A stretch of 32,646 bases of DNA from a virus (lineage: Duplodnaviria; Caudoviricetes), in IMG/VR virus record IMGVR_UViG_3300025653_000141, positions 1 through 32,646 of that record; one strand, 5' to 3'. Of the stretch, positions 27,701 to 32,646 are shown one piece after another (within the stretch, counting starts at the first letter, position 1; each line of letters starts with the position of its first letter). The notes below the pieces were generated by a model. That model saw only the letters and a program-made list of their open reading frames with translations. It did no database searches and had not been told where the DNA came from. Position numbers and translations under genes: made by a program.

Positions 27701-29177
27701 AGAATCATTTACTGATGGTTCTTTACTAACATATTATTCTGGTGGATCACTAGTTAGTTTAGCAGATACAACTCTAAAAACATCCAGTACTTATGCTAGC
27801 AATTATTATGACGGAGCACATTTCAAAGTAGATCATTTTGACCATGGAATGTATGCAACAAATAATCTTGTTACATTATCTGGAGTATTACCAGATACTC
27901 CAAGAATAAAAATGACTTCTGCATTAAGTAGAAATGGATTAGCATTAAATGTGGCTTCTGGAGATATTTCAGAATTTACAACTTTTGAAGGAATTGCAGT
28001 AAGTGCTACAAATCTAGGTTATATTACTTTGAATAATGAAATTATAAGTTATACATCAGCATCTGGAACAGAACTAGGTGGTTTAACAAGAGGAGTATTT
28101 GGTACTACTCCAATTAGTCACGCAAAAGATTCAATAATCCAAAAATATGAGACATCTGGTGTATCTCTTGCAAGAATAAACAGAACTCATAACCTTGTTG
28201 ACACTGGAATTGGAATTGATAGTTATTATCTACCCCTATTATCAAGTGGAACAGATGGTGATGGAGTCTTTATGGGCAAAAATAGATCTACAGATGATGG
28301 GACGAATCCAAAACTCACATTCAATAATGAGAGAAGTACTGGTGGAAATTTAATATATGCATCAGAAAATATTGTTTATGATACTGTAACTCCATACATA
28401 GATGCAATTGTCCCAGGACCTATAGTCAATCTAACTGGTAAAATAAGAACTGTTAGTGCAACGAGTTGCAATGGTACTGAAATATCATTTACAGATCTTG
28501 GATATGAAGACATACAATTAAATACCCCAAATAAATTGAATTCCTTGAGAATGGTTGCCTCAAAAACAAATGCTGATGAATACCTAACAAATATTCCTAG
28601 AAGTAGATCTCAAACATTAGCACTTACATTAAAGACAGATAATTATAATCTGTCCCCAATGATATTCTTAGATACTACTACAACTGAATATAAAAAAGCA
28701 AGAATAAACAGACCAATTGATAATTATATTACAAATTATTCAACTTCATCAAATATACTCGATCCCCATGAAGCAGTTTATGTTTCCAAAACTGTTCGTC
28801 TTGCACAACCATCAAATACATTAAAGGTTATTTTATCAGCATATAGAGATTCTTCTGCAGATTTCAGGGTAATGTATTCTTTAATTAGATCTGAAACAAA
28901 TACAAGTTTACCAAATTATGAATTATTCCCAGGATATAATAATTTAACTACTGATTTAAATCTTGATGGTTATCTTGATATTATAGATCTTTCTAACAAC
29001 AGTGGATTGCCTGACAAGTTTGTTAAAGGTAGTACTGAAAATGAATTCTTACAATATGAGTACACGGCACCAAATGTGGGATCTTTCGTAGGATTCTCAA
29101 TAAAAATTGTTATGTCATCAAGTAGAATGGACAGATATCCCAGATTTAAGGATATTAGAGCAATTGCATTAGTATGA
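21717..29177 (+). CDS. vrlC: VrlC-like (DUF4815-type) large virion structural protein (2486 aa)
   Basis: NINPYFDDF..YYKVLFTPGRPIQSRELNTIQSILQNQI, APGADRFKI, LAQRTYDESGNY, NKRYTMRDIG, DPLAQTF, GSLFKSQNGSTWT, PRFKDIRAIAL. Follows gp8. Confidence 0.88.
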   Translation: MAQKTNFNINPYFDDFSVDKNYYKVLFTPGRPIQSRELNTIQSILQNQIESFGSHIFKEGSMVIPGGIHYDPDYHAVKLNPTSFGIDISLYIEKYLEKKITGQSSGLTATVKKVVLPNDDVEDITLYVKYLESGNNFEFSTFLDGETLLSTESITYGVNNTIISADSPFASLISDNATAVGSSASIENGIYFIRGSFVSVEKHSIVLDYYTNQSSYRVGLNVSEQIITAKDDSTLYDNANGFNNFSAPGADRFKIKLELSKKPLTNFNDTNFVELLRVENGILKKLESNTNYNLIKDYLAQRTYDESGNYTTTPFQVSLNTSLNNLIGNNGKYYSGDLTSEGNTPSDDLMCVTVSPGKAYVKGYDVEKTISTVIDVDKPRDTLKINDVLVPFDMGNIIRVNNVYGSPVLKSSVTFYNERRGASSSPSGEPIGNARVYLFKVTDAPYETNKTNWDLYLYDIKLYTELILGTTLSSSQIKTSSRIVGQSSGAIGYAISDGNGTNRVLVRQESGTFIRNENIIIDGNDAIGRNISSLRKFTSKDIKSVYDGSGSTVFLADSVLEAELVPGFNSLDTVTINSSTLTSSKPLSGITTNTLISYKKPGDSLETYNFVTAVNPNTLTLTTTTAITDVNNGTLSGSEIDVRFRILKSSIKNPEKSYLYSVLPNNNISTVDLDGSRLNFSAQAILNSLVSSNTVTLTTTNFTLPGNSSTIKFNTFDPERYSIHYTDGTTEALTKDQVVFSSDYTSVTFNNISNKTIYSVIASFVKTGIQSKVKIHKKSQILDISLSKYERSGIDANSSANDGLTYNRFYGLRVQDEEICLRYPDVSKIIAVYESVGSEITFDKLVFSSIYNVHNNAIIGENIVGKTSDSVARIVAKTTNTIEIVYLNKNKFQVGETVSFENSNLEVPIESATFGSYKDITSAFKLDKGQKDEYYDYSRLIRSKNQPEPSKKIKVVFDYYDVSSSDTGDLYSVASYFRDDYGFSIPNVGRYNVKASDILDFRPRVSYFSASTSSPFDFSSRNFGSSPKVIITPDEASLISYDVYLPRIDRLYLDANGSFKVERGISSLNPRQPKKSTDVLEVASIILPPYLYKTSDAIIQMVDNKRYTMRDIGAMEDRIETLEEVTSLSLLELSAQSFQVKDSDGIDRFKTGFFADSFTNDSLINLGLSLCQIDEESNEMTPLISRNAVPNKVLTENAISSSEYDSSVDYKLLDSRIKKTSQVATLDYKNRDWIEQSLATRIENVNPFHVIQYVGDIRLNPFRDTWIRTERLADETIRHSITLNLQSVVNTESVNLAVNNNGVTPGNAGLGENQFRDTFLNLNMDTGPVRTERSVSSDSQFASSTETTFVDSVEDLFMRSRNTQFSSSNLKALTRYYPFIDGQGNIDVTPKLLEVTNDLGLTSDGTEGVFEIGETVVVWNNNVQIMSFRLASPNHKSGPYNNPTTTYDLNPYNKDVSIPSDYSQSSSILNIDTLSLSEDATGELYGGYLVKGCVLIGTSSGASAYLKDIRLITDIYGDLIGTFFLRDPNTQPPPVLRVPTGLKTFKLSSSPNNINGLIGDTNISSAESTYVSEGIVNKKRQTTRITEVSANLTTINNIRTKTLHAVRQESISTIQTPTPVINNITNVTQIIQRQAHADPLAQTFLVGTARGLNSFNDDANGAFLTAVDIFFQSVDSGNAPITVQIRTTEFGIPTLTIIGDPVTLRPTDVVSGTTILRDNVSTDGSVATRVTFPYPIFLPAGLEYALVLMAPESAEYTVFTARMGEKTINTQSLPDVETVRYTRQFAIGSLFKSQNGSTWTPDQYEDMKFKLYKAEFTSTEGILYLGNSDLSKSNSYLRNLSNNAITTLPRKLKVGIDTITDSSLLSVFAAGRKIGDASKTYVSGIIEKVGSKATAVGIDTGGRNYTTGSSSAVSTYNITGNGSGLILDVTAASNGTIQSVSVNTQGNGYIIGDIVGIVTADITGSASVPSGENAVFTITSNSSSIDTLYLTNVLGESFTDGSLLTYYSGGSLVSLADTTLKTSSTYASNYYDGAHFKVDHFDHGMYATNNLVTLSGVLPDTPRIKMTSALSRNGLALNVASGDISEFTTFEGIAVSATNLGYITLNNEIISYTSASGTELGGLTRGVFGTTPISHAKDSIIQKYETSGVSLARINRTHNLVDTGIGIDSYYLPLLSSGTDGDGVFMGKNRSTDDGTNPKLTFNNERSTGGNLIYASENIVYDTVTPYIDAIVPGPIVNLTGKIRTVSATSCNGTEISFTDLGYEDIQLNTPNKLNSLRMVASKTNADEYLTNIPRSRSQTLALTLKTDNYNLSPMIFLDTTTTEYKKARINRPIDNYITNYSTSSNILDPHEAVYVSKTVRLAQPSNTLKVILSAYRDSSADFRVMYSLIRSETNTSLPNYELFPGYNNLTTDLNLDGYLDIIDLSNNSGLPDKFVKGSTENEFLQYEYTAPNVGSFVGFSIKIVMSSSRMDRYPRFKDIRAIALV

Positions 29178-29383
29178 TGAATTTAGTTAAAGTAAAAGGA
29201 CATTCAAATCTTTATAGAGATAAAGATACTGGCGCTATTGTCAATAACGACATCTCCGCATATGAACAATACCTAAATAGTGTTTCATCTAGAATGAACA
29301 CAAAGAGGGAGATTGAGCAATTAAAAACTGATGTAAATGAAATTAAAAACTTATTAAAGGAGTTAATAAATGCATCCAAATGA
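29174..29383 (+). CDS. small cyanophage protein with C-terminal coiled coil (69 aa)
   Basis: KVKGHSNLYRDKDTGAIVN then heptad EIEQLKTDVNEIKNLLKEL. ATGA overlap with the vrlC stop. Confidence 0.85.
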   Translation: MMNLVKVKGHSNLYRDKDTGAIVNNDISAYEQYLNSVSSRMNTKREIEQLKTDVNEIKNLLKELINASK

Positions 29384-29540
29384 TATTGAATTAGAAAATT
29401 TGAGCAAAAATTTTGAATATCATAAATTATCCTCAGAAATAGATTCATGTGATTGTATTGACACAATCAAAAATGTTGCCAAATCTTATATTAAACTATA
29501 TTTTAAGCAGCAGGAAATTATATCCTCATTTAAAATATAA
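29370..29540 (+). CDS. small helical protein (56 aa), NblA-like candidate, not in ORF track
   Basis: AAGGAG at 29357-29362. MHPNDIELENLSKNFEYHKLSSEIDSCDCIDTIKNVAKSYIKLYFKQQEIISSFKI*. The ORF is well supported, while the NblA resemblance is by eye only. Confidence 0.7.
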   Translation: MHPNDIELENLSKNFEYHKLSSEIDSCDCIDTIKNVAKSYIKLYFKQQEIISSFKI

Positions 29541-29543
29541 ATA
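29536..29543 (+). promoter_or_regulatory. T4-type late promoter
   Basis: Perfect TATAAATA overlapping the upstream stop codon. Confidence 0.85.
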
Positions 29544-29569
29544 ACTTAAGAACCTAAAATTTAGATAAA

Positions 29570-29911
29570 ATGGCAGCACCATTTTCATTGAATTTGTCTG
29601 TTAATACTTCAACATCATTTTCACAAACTTTTACATTAACTGGCGATGATGGCGCGGCTTTAAATTTATTAGAATATACCTATGAATCTCAACTGAGAAA
29701 ACATTCTTCTAGCAGTTCTTATGTTAGTTTTGCCACAACTGCTATTACACCAAGTAATGGGGAACTTACATTATCATTAGAACCATCTGATACTGCAGAT
29801 TTGAAGCCGGGGAGATATGTATATGATATTGTGTTGACAAAAACAAGTGATGGTTCCAAAACTCGTGTTTTGGAAGGATCTGTAATAGTTTCAAAGACTG
29901 TAACAAGGTAA
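29570..29911 (+). CDS. small beta-sandwich virion-associated protein (113 aa)
   Basis: FSQTFTL..SQLRKH..LTLSL..TADLKPGRYVYDIVL..TRVLEGSVIV. Late promoter upstream, precedes gp13. Confidence 0.8.
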   Translation: MAAPFSLNLSVNTSTSFSQTFTLTGDDGAALNLLEYTYESQLRKHSSSSSYVSFATTAITPSNGELTLSLEPSDTADLKPGRYVYDIVLTKTSDGSKTRVLEGSVIVSKTVTR

Positions 29912-29917
29912 TAGAAA

Positions 29918-30760
29918 ATGGCAAAACCATCAACTAGACAAGGATTAATAGATTATTGTTTAAGAAGACTTGGATATCCGGTTTTAGAAATAAATGTAGA
30001 TGATGATCAATTAGATGACATGGTTGATGATGCAATACAGTATTTTAATGAGAGACATTTTGATGGTGTCGAGAGAATGTATCTCAAATACAAAATCACT
30101 CAATCTGATGTTGATCGAGGAAAGGCAAAAGGAACTTCTGGTGTTGGAATTGTAACTACAACAGCATCATCTACAGATACTGGAGCAGGATCATTTACTT
30201 CCAGTTTTTATGAAACTTCCAATTTTATACAAGTTCCGGATTCAGTTATTGGAATAGAGAAAATATTTAAGTTTGACACCAGTTCGATTTCTGGTGGAAT
30301 GTTTAGTATAAAATATCAGTTATTTTTAAATGATCTATATTATTTTAATTCTGTTGAATTGCTTCAATATGCGATGACGAAGAGTTATCTTGAAGATATT
30401 GATCATTTATTGACTACAGACAAGCAAGTAAGATTTAATAAAAGGCAAGATAGATTATATTTGGATATAGATTGGGGATCACAAACTGTTGGAGATTATA
30501 TTGTCCTTGATTGTTATAGAGCACTTGATCCATCAACATTTACACAAATATATAACGACAGTTTCTTAAAGCAATATTTAACTTCCCTAATTAAAAGACA
30601 ATGGGGTCAAAATCTTCTTAAGTTTAGAGGTGTTAAACTTCCTGGAGGTGTTGAATTGAATGGGAGGGAATTGTACGATGACGCCGAAAAAGAATTGGCA
30701 ACACTAAAACAAAGAATGGCTGCAGAGTATGAATTGCCACCATATGACTTCATAGGATAA
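29918..30760 (+). CDS. gp13: neck protein gp13
   Basis: LIDYCLRRLGYPVLEINVDDDQLDD, RHFDG, KRQWGQNLLKFRGVKLPGGVELNG. Confidence 0.96.
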   Translation: MAKPSTRQGLIDYCLRRLGYPVLEINVDDDQLDDMVDDAIQYFNERHFDGVERMYLKYKITQSDVDRGKAKGTSGVGIVTTTASSTDTGAGSFTSSFYETSNFIQVPDSVIGIEKIFKFDTSSISGGMFSIKYQLFLNDLYYFNSVELLQYAMTKSYLEDIDHLLTTDKQVRFNKRQDRLYLDIDWGSQTVGDYIVLDCYRALDPSTFTQIYNDSFLKQYLTSLIKRQWGQNLLKFRGVKLPGGVELNGRELYDDAEKELATLKQRMAAEYELPPYDFIG

Positions 30761-30762
30761 TT

Positions 30763-32412
30763 ATGACATTAAATCCATTTTTTCTTCACGGTTCAGATTC
30801 TGAACAAAGACTTATACAATCTTTAATTAATGAACAATTGACCATGTATGGTCTTGAAGTTTCATATTTGCCCCAAAGATTTGTTAGAAAAGAAACTATA
30901 TTAGAAGAAGTTAGAACATCAAAATTTACTGAACAGTATAAAATTGAAGCATATTTAAGTAATTATGGTGGATATTCTGGGTCTGGAGATATACTTAGTA
31001 AATTTGGTATGCAGTTAAAGGATGAAGTTACTTTAATAATTTCAAAAGAACGATTTGAAGATTTTATTTCTCCATTTTTAGAGACTATTCCAGACTCAGA
31101 AAATAGTACTTCCTTAAGACCTAGAGAAGGAGATCTAATTTGGTTTCCTTTGGGCGGAAGACTGTTTGAAATAAAATTTGTTGAGCATGAACAACCATTT
31201 TATCAATTGGGAAAAACATATGTTTATGAATTAAAATGTGAACTATTTGAATATACTGATAGTTCTCTAATTAATACATCTCTAAATGAAATAGATGAAT
31301 CTCTTGAGTCTTATGGTTATATTAAATCTTTAACTTTGATTGGATCTGGAACCACTGCTACCGCATCTTCAGTAATAAATCAAAATCTGGGGTATGTTAG
31401 TAATATAAAACTGATTGATGATGGTTATAATTATACCACTGTTCCTACTATAACTATTGATAGTCCTCCTTCTGGAGTTCGAGCAACTGCTGTTGCAATT
31501 ACTTCATGTACCGCAAATTACTGCTCGATAAAATCAATATACCTAACTAATGCTGGTTCTGGATACATATCTGTTCCAAATGTAATTATTTCTGGATCTA
31601 CTGGTGTTGGAGCAACTGCAGTTGCAGAAGTTATACTTGAAAAATCTCTAGGAATAGGAACTATCACTGTAGATAGTGGTGGATCTGGGTACACTTCTAA
31701 TCCAAAAGTTACATTCTCAAATCCAGATGGTGGAGTTGCTTTGGCAACTGCAAGTATAAGTGGTTTAGGTACAGTATTATCTATTGTTGTTACTGATGGT
31801 GGATGGGGATATACTTCAGCACCAGAAGTAACAATATCTGGATCAGATTCTTCATTCGGAACTACTGCAACTGCAACTGCAATAATTAGTGGATTGGGAA
31901 CAGTATCATCCATAAGAATAGATAATGGTGGTACTGATTATATAAGTGATCCTACTGTAACAATATCTAGTAACATTCAATATAAATCTGGATTATCCAC
32001 GGCAACAGGTTTTGCTAATGTAAATTCTGCTGGAGTAGTCACTTCAGTATACATGACATCTCCAGGATATGGATATACTGTCGCACCAACGCTTACTGTA
32101 GCAACTCCTTCAGTTGTTACTGGTATTGGAACATATATACTTAATGAAGTTGTAACAGGAGGAACATCTGGAGCAACTGCTAGAGTTAAAGATTGGAATG
32201 TAGAAACAAAAATTTTACAAGTTGGTACTATAATTGGATCTTATGTTGATGGAGAAACGATCACAGGATCTACATCTTCTGCTAGTTATACAATTTTTGA
32301 TGTTGGTGAAAATGCTGAGTATGAAGATAAATACGAACAAAATGATGAAATACAAACAGAATCAAATTCTATAATTGACTTCACAGAAAAAAATCTATTT
32401 GGGAATTACTAA
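30763..32412 (+). CDS. gp14: neck protein gp14 with inserted repeat region
   Basis: NPFF..EQRLIQSLINEQL, SKFGMQLKDEVTLIISKERF, RPREGDLIWFP, FEIKFVEHEQPFYQLGK, C-terminal DFTEKNLFG. Confidence 0.94.
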   Translation: MTLNPFFLHGSDSEQRLIQSLINEQLTMYGLEVSYLPQRFVRKETILEEVRTSKFTEQYKIEAYLSNYGGYSGSGDILSKFGMQLKDEVTLIISKERFEDFISPFLETIPDSENSTSLRPREGDLIWFPLGGRLFEIKFVEHEQPFYQLGKTYVYELKCELFEYTDSSLINTSLNEIDESLESYGYIKSLTLIGSGTTATASSVINQNLGYVSNIKLIDDGYNYTTVPTITIDSPPSGVRATAVAITSCTANYCSIKSIYLTNAGSGYISVPNVIISGSTGVGATAVAEVILEKSLGIGTITVDSGGSGYTSNPKVTFSNPDGGVALATASISGLGTVLSIVVTDGGWGYTSAPEVTISGSDSSFGTTATATAIISGLGTVSSIRIDNGGTDYISDPTVTISSNIQYKSGLSTATGFANVNSAGVVTSVYMTSPGYGYTVAPTLTVATPSVVTGIGTYILNEVVTGGTSGATARVKDWNVETKILQVGTIIGSYVDGETITGSTSSASYTIFDVGENAEYEDKYEQNDEIQTESNSIIDFTEKNLFGNY

Positions 32413-32646
32413 TGTTAGGAACTTACTTTTATCATCAAAATATAAGAAAAACTATTATTGCCTTTGGTAATCTTTTTAATAACATTATTGTTAAATCAAA
32501 AGATGCTGATGGAGACACTTTTAGTGAAATAAGAGTTCCACTTTCTTATGGACCAACCCAAAAGTTTTTGGCAAGATTAGAGCAACAAGAAAAATTAAAC
32601 AAACCTGTTGCAATTACATTGCCAAGAATATCTTTTGAGATGAATT
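32412..32646 (+). CDS. gp15: tail sheath stabiliser/terminator gp15 (5' part, truncated by window end)
   Basis: TAATG overlap. MLGTYFYHQNIRKTIIAFGNLFNNI..RVPLSYGPTQKFLARL..AITLPRISFEM. Confidence 0.93.
   Translation, partial: MLGTYFYHQNIRKTIIAFGNLFNNIIVKSKDADGDTFSEIRVPLSYGPTQKFLARLEQQEKLNKPVAITLPRISFEMN

Noticed and set aside
7376-29177. Inteins, introns or frameshifts in gp7 and VrlC
   Set aside because: The frames are continuous and I saw no intein-terminal or homing-endonuclease motifs. The extra length is explained by repeat modules.
5514-31913. Numerous minus-strand ORFs inside structural genes (e.g. 17965..18591, 23051..23455, 31518..31913)
   Set aside because: Antisense shadows of Gly/Thr/Ser/Val-rich codons, with no expression signals.

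Overview
This is a window from a T4-like cyanomyovirus (Kyanoviridae-type) genome, and all supported genes are on the + strand. About 1-3060 is an 'early'/regulatory island. It has small, partly very GC-rich ORFs behind host sigma70-type promoters, repeated GC hairpins between genes, and an antisense promoter firing into AT-rich repeats. It also has a two-hairpin element whose loops are complementary (1330-1423), fused to a hierarchical ~27-bp tandem array (1428-1648), two NtcA-type GTA-N8-TAC boxes, and C-tracts (G-rich on the minus strand). 3154-5016 holds an AbrB/MazE-like regulator, a GT-A glycosyltransferase-like gene and small ORFs. 5052-32646 is the late virion module: gp25, gp6, a 4242-aa gp7, gp8, a 2486-aa VrlC-like protein, small ORFs, gp13, gp14 and the start of gp15, with T4-type (T)ATAAATA late promoters. 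Five ORFs under 60 aa are absent from the supplied track, including an NblA-like candidate at 29370-29540. The best candidates for new biology are the non-coding kissing-loop/repeat locus with its NtcA boxes and the NblA-like gene. All family assignments come from recognising motifs and gene order by eye, and no searches were run.
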